A program made the position numbers and the translations under genes. A stretch of DNA of 41,236 nt, from NCBI GenBank assembly GCA_032718475.1, contig JAUCBJ010004264.1, forward strand, positions 1 through 41,236. Direction: 5' to 3'. Shown piece by piece: positions 11,417 through 22,741 of this stretch (positions within the stretch are counted from its first letter, which is position 1; each line of letters starts with the position of its first letter). A model generated the notes under the pieces. That model was given only the letters and a program-made list of their open reading frames with translations, was not told the DNA's origin and did no database searches. This DNA is from Nemertoderma westbladi. Taxonomy: Eukaryota; Animalia; Xenacoelomorpha.

Positions 11417-11419
11417 TTA

Positions 11420-12910
11420 TACTCTAATATTGTTTTACTATCATTTGCGCTAAAATTAATGTTGGGTGGGGATATTGGTGTAGCTGCTTCACAAAAACCA
11501 GATTCGTGTGCATTCTGATTCATATAAAAATCACGAAATTCTATAAGCACTATTACTTGCTTTATTACCCCCACACACTCTTTTAATTTTTTTTCAGAAC
11601 GATTTTGCTTTAGATGCATGGTAAAGTTTCAGCTTGGATGCTTCACTTGCATGGTACTCATACCGCTCATACCGTGCAATTCGAAGCGTTTTCTTGTAAA
11701 CCTTGCGTTTGTTAACAGTAAGATATAGGATTCATCATTCCATAACATACACCAATTCTTTAGCACACAACTGAAAGCCAACGTTTGCATTATTACAATT
11801 ATCATTAAACCATATTGCACAGGTACTAAACTTGGCTTTAGATCCTTGACCTACAGATGTAGTAAAATATTCTAAAACATTCATATCATCAAAAATATTA
11901 GAAAACTTACCAATACAATCAATACTACTCTGTGAAAAATCACAATCGATAAGGAGATCGTACTGTACTTCATGCAACTTGCTTTGTATGTGACCGGACA
12001 GCGGGACAGGATATAGGAAATGTCCTAAATTTATCATTCCATTTACAACGTTGTCCTTACTCATTAATATTACCTTCAATTTGTGGTTCATGAGGTGTGT
12101 CAGTGCATGCAGCACCCGAAACACAATTAGACTTTTTAAAATTTAAGGTAGCAGACGCAATACAATACAATTGGGATCTCCAATGTCAAATTCACTACAC
12201 GAAGCAATAAGTCTAATCGAACCAATAAAATAATCAATAGTTGATACACCGTATCTACTGTTACCAATATTACAATAATATGTGAATTTTCTAACATTAG
12301 CATCCTTACCCGCCCTTCAATTGAAAATTTTCAAGCCAGTATTTTTGCACAAAGAAATTAAACCCTTCCCGCAATTATAAATTTTTTTATCCATATTAGA
12401 CCTAGTAAGAGATACACCATTCTCAATCAATTCCTCACTGTCAATTACATCTGTCAAGTCATCTGGGAGAAGGTCGTTAAAACCAATATTCATAGCTGGT
12501 GTGTCATCAGCAATGAAATCTGGTTCGGTACCTGTATGCGCATTTAGGTCACCAATAAGTAACGCATCAATATTATTATTATCTCCATTGTAGAATGCTA
12601 CCCATCGCTCAACAGTTTCTAGAAGACCTAAAGTATCACCACCAGTGGAACCTTCAGGTGGAATGTATGCACAGCATTAAATAATATCCTTCTAATAATT
12701 CACTGCATTCTCATCCAACTTTACCCATAAAATATCATCAGACATAAAATCATGCAAAACTGATAAATAAGGCTCTAGATTCAGTGAGTTGAAGCTTAAA
12801 AAGGTTTCAACATAAACGAACATATCATACGAATTTACTTTTTCAATGAAACTTGGGTCAGTTACAGTCACAGTTAAACCTTTGACGTTTAACAAACCGA
12901 GTTTGATCTC
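11420..12910 (-). pseudogene. Decayed AP-endonuclease and linker region of a non-LTR retrotransposon (CR1/L2/RTEX-like)
   Basis: LNVKGL..D..VET, YIPPEGS, LIGDLNAHTG, GRAGKD..KFTY, STIDYFI and WFNDNC occur in order, with stops and frameshifts. No RT follows. Confidence 0.8.
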
Positions 12911-13507
12911 AGTGGGAATAATCCTGGTAGGAGTACTTCTACTATGATTAAACCGTTCTGTAGTGTAGGTGTCTCGTCGGGGGGGTGGGGGGGGGGGGGG
13001 GGGTGGTGGGGGGGATGTTTATCATTATTGTGATATCCCGGTACACCACCCTCTGGATTTACGCGGGCATTGAAATGCAATGGTGCATTACTTTCTGGCT
13101 CCTGAAGAAACTCACCTGTTGGAACCTGAACGAATGTCGGATTATCCTGGGCAACAACGTCACTGGTTGGCTTGATCTGCCATCTATCTGTGTAGTCGTC
13201 CACCCCTAGAGAACTCTGGATGTCTGATCCAGTACCTCGATTCCACTGAGAACTTCATGGCCTCACTTTCCTCATCACCATTATCAATTATGTCTTCTAG
13301 AAACTCAGCTACCTCGATGTCTTCTTCCATCTGGTTGTCTAGCAGTTCAAATGGTGAGTCCGCAACTACATTGCCATCTTTCACTGTTCCAACTGCTTGG
13401 AATTGCTGCTCGGTTGTTACAATAGAGACCAAACTATCACTGAATGTTAGTACTATATCTACCAGAGTTTTTCAAAGACTGCAGACACACAGTGGATGTG
13501 TTAGCGG

Positions 13508-13700
13508 AGCCGTATAACCCCCATTCACTCATCCTTGTGGTGGTTCCGGATAACCTCCATTCAATCCTCCTCATGGCACTTCCGGATAACCCCTGTTCCC
13601 TCCTCCTGTTGGCGGTTCCGGATAACCCCTGGTCACTCTTCCTCGTGGCGGCTCTGGATAACCCCCGGTCGCTCCTCCTCTTGGAGGTTCCGGAAAACCG
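13508..13700. repeat. Degenerate 36-bp tandem repeat (~5-6 units), core TTCCGGATAACCCC
   Basis: The minus strand gives 12-aa repeats (SGTSKRRSDRGL, SRAATRKSDQGL, SGTANRRREQGL...). It lies upstream of the LINE endonuclease and may be part of its ORF1 or 5' region. Confidence 0.8.
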
Positions 13701-14463
13701 AGTCGCTTGCATGCTCGCAGTCGCTCGCTCTCGCATGCAAAGAACATGATGGAAATGCGGGGATTGTAATTATTAGAGAATGAAGGATGTTCGCACTTTT
13801 AGCCCTTTAACAGTTTAACCTGATAATTTAAGTGTCTTATATTATTTTGCTAGCCAGTACTAAAATAGAACTATTGATAAAAGACAGTCTTGTGCGGTGT
13901 ATGACTTGTGGGAGACTGAATTCTATCGGCATAAGAAGTAGGTTACTTTATATTATTCGATTAATTTCCACTATATAATCTCTCAAACTATTTTCACTTT
14001 CAGGGTAGTATTAGCAGTTCCTTTCAGATGCTGCGATTTAAATACTATACAGAGTTATGATTTATGATAATTACAACAGATTATTTAATAGAGACACTGT
14101 TATTTACATCCTATAGGGATGTAGTATTATGTACTCACACTCATTCAACTGACGATAATAAGGGAATACACTGATTTCCTGACTCAGACTAAATATGCTC
14201 ATGTATAAGGAGAATTTCAGTATTTCATGTAGTTCTCTTGAACTTGGTATTGGGATTTCTAGCATTTCTAGCATAGCCATTTTATACTTCATAATATATA
14301 TTGAGATGTATTTAGTCATAAATTCAAGTGTAATAGTTATTCCTCAATCCTGGGTTAAATGTATAGGAATTGTAAATTATTGTCCTTACCCACGACCAAC
14401 GAAGAGTATGAACCAGCAAGAGTTTAGAGCTAATGATTGAAGAGGATGACAGCCCTCTTTCCA

Positions 14464-14599
14464 AATACGAGTTAGAGATATCGGGGTCAGACTCCCTTGT
14501 ACTAAGTTAAAACACTAGGTTTTTCCTGATTGATTTCTGCCATCTGACGAAGTCAGACGTCGGAGTCAGAGTCTGACCCCGATATCTCTAACTCGTATT
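14464..14599. mobile_element. MITE-like inverted repeat
   Basis: 31-bp perfect inverted repeat AATACGAGTTAGAGATATCGGGGTCAGACTC at 14464-14494 and 14569-14599; no clear TSD. Confidence 0.65.
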
Positions 14600-14729
14600 A
14601 GAAATGAAACTCTTTCAACTCTTTCCAAATGACCACCATACTGAATCACCATATTATACGGATCAGGTAAGGACAATTTCAGTAGGCCAAGAAAGTATAT
14701 ATTTTAATAAAATGCTTTTTAACATTTTA

Positions 14730-15220
14730 ACTTTATGTTAAGTCAAAAATCAACCACAGTGAACGGTCAATCATGGCGCAGTTTCGGTCCGGTGTTTTGC
14801 CGTTGGGTATTGAAGTGGGTCGATATCAGGGCAAACCCTTAGAAGATAGAATATGTTGTCTATGTAAATCGGGCGAAATTGAAGACGAAAGTCATTTTTT
14901 GTATAAATGTGACGCCCTAGATAGGAGTCTCTTCCCACAAGATTTTTATGATGTTGAGAATAGCCAGAAGTTGAAATTTTTAATGTGCAATGACCAAGTA
15001 AATAGTGCACGGCTGTTGAGGGGTTTGTACAATTGTAGGTGCGAAATAATAAATGGAAGAATTTAATTTGACTTGTATCTAATTTGTGATGTAAATTGGT
15101 TAATTGTGTATTATTTGGCAGTTAATTTGTATAAAATTCGATGTCTTATAAGCCATTGTTGGTTGGGGGCCGCTGTGCCCAAGACATTATAAATGATCTA
15201 TTCATTCATTCATTCATTCA
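14730..15220 (+). mobile_element. 5'-truncated LINE 3' end (C-terminal CCHC finger, 3' UTR, (ATTC)n tail)
   Basis: AQFRSGVLPLGIEVGRY..EDRICCLCKSGEIEDESHFLYKC, stop at 15066, ATTC repeats at ~15200-15220. Confidence 0.8.
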
Positions 15221-16880
15221 AAATGTGAGTAATGTATGAGAATAAATAATGTATACTAGATTTGTGTATCCATATATAGATTTGTGAAATTGCAAGGCTT
15301 CAATATAAGTTAAAGTCTACCAGTAATGTAAATCAGGAGAGAAAGGTAGACAATCCAAGATGAATCAAGAATTTGAAGCTGAGAAAGATTCCGATAGTGG
15401 ATTCCAAGTTTAATTCCGCTTTTACAAAAATTTATGGTAAAGTTTTACCTATCCCATTCTACATTTTAGTTATATTAATAAGACACAATAAAAGTAGAAG
15501 CATTGGATCTCTGCATAGCCTAATCAAAGAAAGTAAGTGGGTAATAATAAAGTACATAACCCTGTCCAGCATTCAGTGGTGAGTTACCCCCTCAGGCCAG
15601 GTCATTCCATTTAGCCGCATGTGAATTTGGAAATAAATTTTTATTTCATCAATCATTAGTGGGGATGAATTTCTGGTATGTTATTATGGGTTTATGAGGT
15701 CGCTGATCAGGACACAACTTCATAAACTTTATTGGTAGGCAACCATCGTTTTTGGAAAATACAAGCACCACAAAATTTCAAACTGCCCAAAGTTGAATGG
15801 ATAATTTTGAAGCCGATCACAATAAATCTTGTGAAAAATATTTTATGGTAGTGCAACAACAAAGTAAAAGAAAAAATAGAAATTAAACATTTCATTTTTA
15901 ATTTAGGGTTTCATTAACATTTCATCATTCGCCACAACTCATCACCACTGCGGAAAGATTCCGACTGTTCCATCATCTAAGAAAGCCATCTAAAGTTACA
16001 AACGGAGATCCAAATCTACCTATAAGAGTATTGTAGAAAACACTGCAATAAGTCGAAAGAGAGTGGTGTAATGGTTCTCGTGGCGAATGCCAGCACTGCC
16101 CGAACCTATAGTGCTGGACCAACCCTATGTGACACAGGTTTCGAATGCAATATAAAGGGATGGGCTTCATGGTGTCATTGTAAGTTGTGATTTTATTTAA
16201 TGGAGAATTCCTGAGGGGGGAGGTCTTAACTAAAAAAAAAAATATATAATATAAATACAAAATATACAAAAAACAAACAAAATTCGAAAAAAAGGTGGGG
16301 CGAGTCATGTACTGAGTGACCTTAGCATATGATTATACATAATTAGTATAAGTCAGCCCAATTTTCGAATGCTTACCATTTTTAATGTTATTAAGTTACA
16401 TTATAATGTCATTAAATGGTCAAAATTTGGCAGGGAAAATTACAGTCATAAAGAAAATATTTATTTTACAGAAATGGTGTGTCAATGAAGCCAATCTATA
16501 TATCGCCCAGGAAATCCATCATTCTTCTAAGAAATTGCTACTCACTCCAGGATTTGTCCCCCCATTGTCTAACGCAGAAATATGCAGCCTCTAAGAGCAA
16601 CACCGGGTCATTCCCTTGATTTGTGCCACATTTGGCACCAACTCGTCCAAAAACTTCCACAAAGCATGGCAAGCAAAGTAAACAACTGTAAATCATGTGG
16701 GGATTTTATATCAATAGCTATAGCGACAGTAAGCGGTTTTTGTTGTTGGTGTGAACTATCCCTACTAGATAAAAATAGTAGGCCTACTTATGAAGCGCCG
16801 TTTACGCCAAAACTATCTGAATAAATATTATACTCAAGATGTGTCAATAAAAAATATTATACTTAAGATGTATCTAAATT

Positions 16881-16948
16881 CTCGGCCGAGTTTTCTCTGC
16901 CGAGTTTTTCTCGGCCGAGTTTTCTCTGCCGAGTTTTTCTCGGCCGAG
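16881..16948. repeat. Left subterminal array of the palindrome CTCGGCCGAG (~5 copies)
   Basis: Read directly from the sequence; mirrored at the right end. Confidence 0.9.
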
Positions 16949-17175
16949 AATTTATAATCTTAAAAGTTGTAACAGCGGGAAATTTAAAATGTTATTTTCC
17001 TTTCCCTTTGTAGTTAGTGTAATTTTGAATACCACCAGTACAGTATTATTCTACAACTGTCAGTCTGTAGTCTGCGGCTCCATCATAACTGTAGTCTGCA
17101 GTTCCATCCCCAGTGAATTAAGATTACAACCCTGGCCAAGCAGCAAGGGGAAGGCAATACGTGTACTGCTGTATA

Positions 17176-17491
17176 TACGAAACGACCGGTTAACCGGGCC
17201 GGGTTTGGGTGACCCGGATCCGGCAAAAAAAGTCGCCGGGTACCGGGTTTTATTAAATTACATTTTACATTTTCTTACATTTTATATTTATTACCTGTAC
17301 CGGTACTATTAGGCCTAATTTTATTAGGCTATTTATATTATTTTTCAATTTTTTTTTCTTTTTTTTTTCTTTTGAATTATCATTTTTTTCTATTTTTTTT
17401 TATCATTTTTGATATCACAAGTTATGACCCGGACCCAGCTTTTTTGATACTGACCCGGACCCGGCAAAATGTTCAACCCGGTCGTTTACTA
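17176..17491. mobile_element. hAT-like MITE nested in the IS3EU element
   Basis: Imperfect 14-bp TIRs (TACGAAACGACCGG / TAGTAAACGACCGG), 8-bp TSD GCTGTATA / GCTGTATG, subterminal ACCCGG repeats and a T-rich core. Confidence 0.75.
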
Positions 17492-17608
17492 GCTGTATGC
17501 ACAAAATACACGTATGTAAGGTAGGCAGGTACTGCAATGTACTACAATCTTTCACTACTATTTCAGTACTCTACTATTGGATAGATATTAATATTCACTA
17601 CTCTACTT

Positions 17609-19816
17609 ATGGATCCCTATGACCCAAATACCCGAAAACTGCTAGGTGAAATGAGTAAGATATTTCATCGACCTTTTGGAAAGGGTTCAGCTGGCGCTGG
17701 TGGCCCTAAGAAACTGAAGCGTTTAAACATTGCGTCATCTACATATAAGCTTACAAGTTTTAATGTCGATGTGGTGTTGTTGCCGGGGTCTCTTTATTCA
17801 GTGGGGAATAATATCCCTAGACAGGGATCCAAAGAATATCTTGTAGACGCAGGATATCTTGTGAACGAAATTAATCTAAACAAAGAAATGACGAAGTGTC
17901 AGATTTTTACTGCACTTATTCGCGAGTTTAACCATAAACTTAAAACAAATATAGCAGCTTAGTCTTGCGACATTTTAGAATCGTGCAATAAGAAACTTAT
18001 TGCTGTGGAGCAACATTTATCTATGGAAAACGAGATAAATGGCCAAACCGTTTATAGCCGCTTCCGGGGATGTGGAAGGAAGTTAATGTACTTTTTATGT
18101 CAGGATATGGTGGACAGTGGTGAGGCAGGTAAAGATATCGGGAAGTTGGATAGTAGAGGAACAAAGATTGAGATCGCTGGAACGGGGTTGGATAGCGGTG
18201 GTGGTGGCAGCATAGCGGGAATGGAGAGCAGTTGTGTGGAATTAGATAGCGGTGGAGTAGGGATTGATATCGGTGGAATGGGAATGGATAGTGGTGGAGT
18301 GGAAATAGATATCGGTGGAGTGGGAATGGATAGAGTGGGAATGGGAATAGATATTGGTGGAGTGGGAATGGATAGAGTGGGAATGGGAATAGATATTGGT
18401 GGAGTGGGAATAGATATTGGTGGAGTGGGGATGGATAGTGGTGGTGTGGGAGTAGATAGTGGTGAAGTGGGGATAAATTTTGATGCAGCGGCGATGGATA
18501 GCAGTGGTACAGGGATGGATTCAATTTGTAAACCAACTCTGATTCCTCGCATAATTTGCGATGTATGTGCAAAGTCACGACCTGCCTGTGAGAATCATTG
18601 TCATAACTGTTTAATGATCGCAGATGTGATAGAGTCTGAAAATGTTAACAATTTCCGTGAGCAGCATCCCAGAAAAAGGCGCCTACCTGTCCGTTACGTT
18701 CGTTCAATAGGAGAGGAATGCCCTGAATCTGATGAATCAGTCGATGATGCAAATGAATTTAGTAGAGAGGAGATTGCAAATAGACGGTCAGTTTACTTTG
18801 CTAACCGGAACCAAGTAGTTGATAGAGATAGTGATATTATCGAGGTACCAGTGATATTGGAACCCCTGGGGTCCAATATGAGAAGCGATCTAGATGACCT
18901 GTACAACGTATTTAAATCGGATGCAGATAATTTAACAAAAATGTATATATTATTTGAAGTGCCCAGAACACGTGTTGTTGACAGCGTCTATGATATCTTA
19001 GAAGACAATGATTGCACTACTCCTCTGATAATGACGAAATTTATAGATGAGGAAGCCGTTGATACTGGTGGACCCACACGGGAACTCTTCAGTTTGTTCT
19101 TTACACAGCAGCCTGGAAACATGTTTAGAGGCTCGTATCCAAACTTCGTTTTTCGGCACAACCTTAGCTGCCTGGAAAGGTTTGAGATGATGGGAAAGAT
19201 GACTGCGCTTGCTATCATCAATGGAGCCCCTGGACCACATTGCTTTACGGCTTCAACTGCGCGTTCTACTCTCTCAAAGCACATAGTAATTAGCTGTGTT
19301 GCAGAAGAAATTGCAATGTTTAAGAAGGGGCTGGAGGTGTTTGGAGTGTTATCGATACTAAAGAAATATCCAGAGTGTGCTGTGATTGAGCTAACCTTCC
19401 AGGAGGTCTCTGTTGATGACGTAAAGCGTTGCTTCGTACCGACGTACAAATCTGAACCAAGAAGTAAAGAACGAGAAAAGGAGTTGGAATTAACCTTTAA
19501 ATTTAACCAGTTCTTGAATAAAGTAGCAAATAAAGTATTCTCTGCAAATCTTGAACACTGTGACGATTCTACCGAAAATATCGTTATTTCTCTTGGTGAC
19601 ATGTTGCAATTTGGTTCTGGCTCCCGGTTTCCGAATTTCGAAGGGAGGTTGTCATTCTTCAGTACGACTGATTCCCAGAGGAGAGTCTCTGCTGACACAT
19701 GTTCACAAGAAATAAAGATTCCTATCAATGATAGGTACCTTATAGGTCGCACTTCAACATTCTGCCAGTGCTTGGCTGATGATGTGCTCAACACCGTTGG
19801 GTTTGGTAACCCGTAG
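17609..19816 (+). pseudogene. G2E3-like HECT-domain E3 ubiquitin ligase ORF carried by the transposon; one in-frame TAG
   Basis: ORFs 17609-17962 and 18005-19816 share a frame and are separated by a single TAG (17960-17962). HECT motifs: EEAVDTGGPTRELF, GKMTALAIINGAPGPHCF, FKKGL, LQFGSGS, SADTC (Cys codon 19700-19702) and terminal GFG. Confidence 0.8.
18120..18520 (+). repeat. Coding minisatellite with a 21-nt unit (GGVGMDS / GGVGIDI heptads)
   Basis: Repeated GGAGTGGGAATGGATAG and GATATTGGTGGAGTGGG units that preserve the frame. Confidence 0.85.
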
Positions 19817-20233
19817 CAGCTGTAAATAAATTGTAAAGTGGTTCACCAACCTGCGTTCAATTATTCAATAATTAGGAACATTATAAACATTCTATAAACA
19901 TTTCAGACATTCTAAACTGATTTATTAATTAAACTTTATGGAATTAAACTATATTGCCGTTCTATATCACGTATTCTCTATCACCGTTTGTTTCAGTTTC
20001 TGTATCACTATTATTAGAAGAGCGAGGTGGGGGGGGGGGGGGGGGGGGTGGGAGCTTAAATACTTTGACTCGGGAACTTTTTAAGCTATTATGAAAGCAA
20101 AAATTAAAATTCGGACTCACCCACCATGAGCGTTTGGGAAGAATGGCTTCAGTAAATAAATTATTCAAATTCAAAAAATTATCCAACTTAGGATGATCCA
20201 ACTCTATAGCAAATGGAGCGGAAAAAATTATTT

Positions 20234-20260
20234 CGCCACCAGCGGGGATCGAACCCGCGT
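20234..20260 (-). other. tRNA 3'-half remnant (T-arm / box B) within unclassified sequence between the two ORFs
   Basis: The minus strand reads GCGGG TTCGATC CCCGC TGGTGGC: a perfect T-stem-loop plus an acceptor-like strand. No 5' half is present. Confidence 0.45.
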
Positions 20261-20630
20261 CTCAAGACGAAACGAATATTTGATCAATTTACTTGAAATT
20301 TGGTACATGTATTTCTGGAACCTTCCATATATTCCAAGACATGGTGTATGCCTGTAGAAATTTGCTGGGGAGCAATTGCCCCCTGTCCCGTCCACGAAGT
20401 TAATATCTGGGAAAAAATCTGGTTTCCATGGCAATGGAGTTAGAAAAAAATCTATGTATGGTATGTCAGTTGGTATGTCGGTGTCAGTATGTGTCATCTG
20501 TTCCACAATCTGGACAGGATATTTTTTTAATGTAAACAAACAGTTAAATATAGCATAATATAACCAGAAATAACCTAAATAGATAAACCTGCGATGCGAC
20601 TATCACATCGAATATATTTAGAACAATATT

Positions 20631-21491
20631 CTATAATACTAAGTCACCGTAAGTAAGGGTACGTACAATTTCTTTGTATGTCTCAATTCCAAAATAACCG
20701 TCATCTTGAAGTGGGTTAAAGTTCTGTAACATCTGTAACAACTCATTGTTCGGCTGAAAGTTTATTTCAGGTACCACTATACCGTTGTTGCCATCCAGAA
20801 CTCCAGTACCGGTAGTTTCGTTTATCACGGGATTGCCGTCTATTCCATAATGCTCTATCTCATGCGATGGAAGCTCTTCGTCGTTTAATCGATTGACGAT
20901 ACAACTCTCGGTCCAAAGCTGTATTGGGGATTTGTTACGTTCGGTACTAAGACCGTGATTGTTTAATTCACCAAGTAACTGACATAGAGATTGGTTAATA
21001 CGTGGTTCGAAAACAAAGTGTAAGATAAACATATTCATTTCGTTATGAATGTCTAAGGCATTATCTTCCTCTAAATGAATGAAGATGGCCTTATAGAACC
21101 TCATAACTGTACGATTTACGTCTGACCATAGACGCTCAATGCGCTGGTTATGGACGCTTTTACCTCCAATATAGCTTCCCCTATTTAACCCTCGATTAAC
21201 TAACATATACCTGGCCAAGTCAAAGTTTTCTATTCCCAAATCTCCTCTTACACGACTAGGCAAGCCATAGTTATCTACCGCAGAGAGGAAGTTTTGTAAA
21301 GCAGTTTGCGATCGATTATTATCGGCGCACATCAGAGCCACAATAGTTCGTTCGCTAACATCCAAAATGCGTGCCGTATCTCTTCGAGAGAATCCAATAT
21401 TCTGTAAATAGTGCAACTGCCTCTCCGTAATTTCGTAACGAGGCCTCCCACCGCTGATACCTCCAACCAGTTCTACATTGGCATCAGCCAT
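20631..21491 (-). pseudogene. IS3EU-type DDE transposase (integrase core), open frame but internally deleted
   Basis: GRPRYEIT and an HTH ([12 protein letters not shown]) are fused directly to [38 protein letters not shown]. The segment expected to hold the first catalytic Asp is absent. Confidence 0.8.
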
Positions 21492-21642
21492 ACAGCCATA
21501 GGCATAGCTGCACACATGTAGGATAGTGAAGTGAAACGGTAGCAATAGGATGCAGGCTTATGTACTGTACTGCTGTAAATACTGTAATTATTCCAAATAC
21601 AATGCCATTTTAAATTTCCCGCCGTTTCATATTTTAATACTT

Positions 21643-21795
21643 TCTCGGCCGAGAAAAACTCGGCCGAGAAAAACTCGGCCGAGAAAAACTCGGCCGAGAA
21701 AAACTCGGCCGAGAATCTCGGCCGAGAAAAACTCGGCAGAGAAAACTCGGCCGAGATCTCGGCCGAGAAAAACTCGGCCGAGAATCTCGGCCGAG
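21643..21795. repeat. Right subterminal array of CTCGGCCGAG(AAAAA), ~11 copies
   Basis: Read directly from the sequence; period 11-15 nt. Confidence 0.9.
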
Positions 21796-22741
21796 AATTT
21801 AGATACATCTTAAGTATAATATTTTTTATTGACACATCTTGAGTATAATATTTATTCAGATAGTTTTGGCGTAAACGGCGCTTCATACCTACTGTATAAA
21901 AAATATTGGGGTATGAGTCTATATTATCAGTACATAATTCCACTTCTTATGTCTTACACTGAGTCCTATTGCTATTCACTCAGACTTACCAATGACTTTG
22001 AATAGTAGCGATTATTACACTGGGGATCACTTCTGATCAATGAGACCTGCACTCCAAGCAGGAGTAGATTTACATTAAAAATTATTTTCAAAATTTTTCA
22101 TGTAATCGTCCTTGACATATCACGTAATTGTAACTTAGAGTTACTTAGATATGTTTTAGATAGTTGGGATGATGTTCCTTTGGACTGTGTAAGAGTAGTT
22201 GGTAAATTCGCGTAAGGCAACGAAAACTTCTTGGAAAAAATTAAGCAACAGCCAAATCTAATATCACGATCATTCCAAGCTAGAGATGAAATGGAGAATC
22301 ACACTGGTGTGTGGATTCATGTCTCTAAGCGGATATCCAAAGCTCTGGATAATGAGGTGCAAGAGAGTATAGATATTTTAACATTGACAACATGATAACA
22401 CTGACATTTAGTTTTCTTTCATTTCCTTTTATCTCAAATATCTATATATATATATATATATGTACGTTCGGCCTAAAGGGCCATAGATATGTATCTTTGA
22501 AATGAAGGGTATTATGTACCTATACAACACAGATTGGAAGTAAAAAGGGCCATTAGTATATCTACATATCTTGTGTATATATGTTCCTACATATACCATT
22601 TTAATATACATACATAAAGATGAAAAAACGAGCGAAAGGGCCAACTTGTATATCTATATAGTGAGATATGTATGTAGGTATAGTGTACCTATATACCTCA
22701 ATGGCCCTATCTTATTTCTCTTCATTCTTATAATTATGGAA

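Larger units (their letters stand above)
16789..21887. mobile_element. IS3EU-type DNA transposon (5099 bp) with two convergent ORFs; non-autonomous deletion derivative
   Basis: 102-bp perfect TIRs (16789-16890 and 21786-21887) with TAT...ATA ends and a 6-bp TSD CCTACT (16783-16788 and 21888-21893). TAY..RTA ends, a 6-bp TSD and an IS3-like integrase core match the IS3EU description. Confidence 0.85.

Noticed and set aside
13508-13700. 36-bp periodic repeat as a CRISPR array
   Set aside because: The units are adjacent degenerate tandem copies without unique spacers. The context is eukaryotic and there are no cas genes.
15230-15600. Possible additional, very decayed LINE C-terminal fragment on the minus strand
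   Set aside because: There is only a faint SGIKL-WN-like match that needs frameshifts, too weak to call.
18021-19794. Antisense ORFs (185, 150 and 268 aa) over the HECT gene
   Set aside because: They are shadow frames of the coding strand and the minisatellite.
20234-20310. Functional tRNA gene
   Set aside because: Only the T-arm and the 3' acceptor-like strand are present; there is no D-arm or anticodon arm.
21473-21943. ORFs with SAEFF / RPRKT repeats
   Set aside because: They are translations of the subterminal CTCGGCCGAG array.
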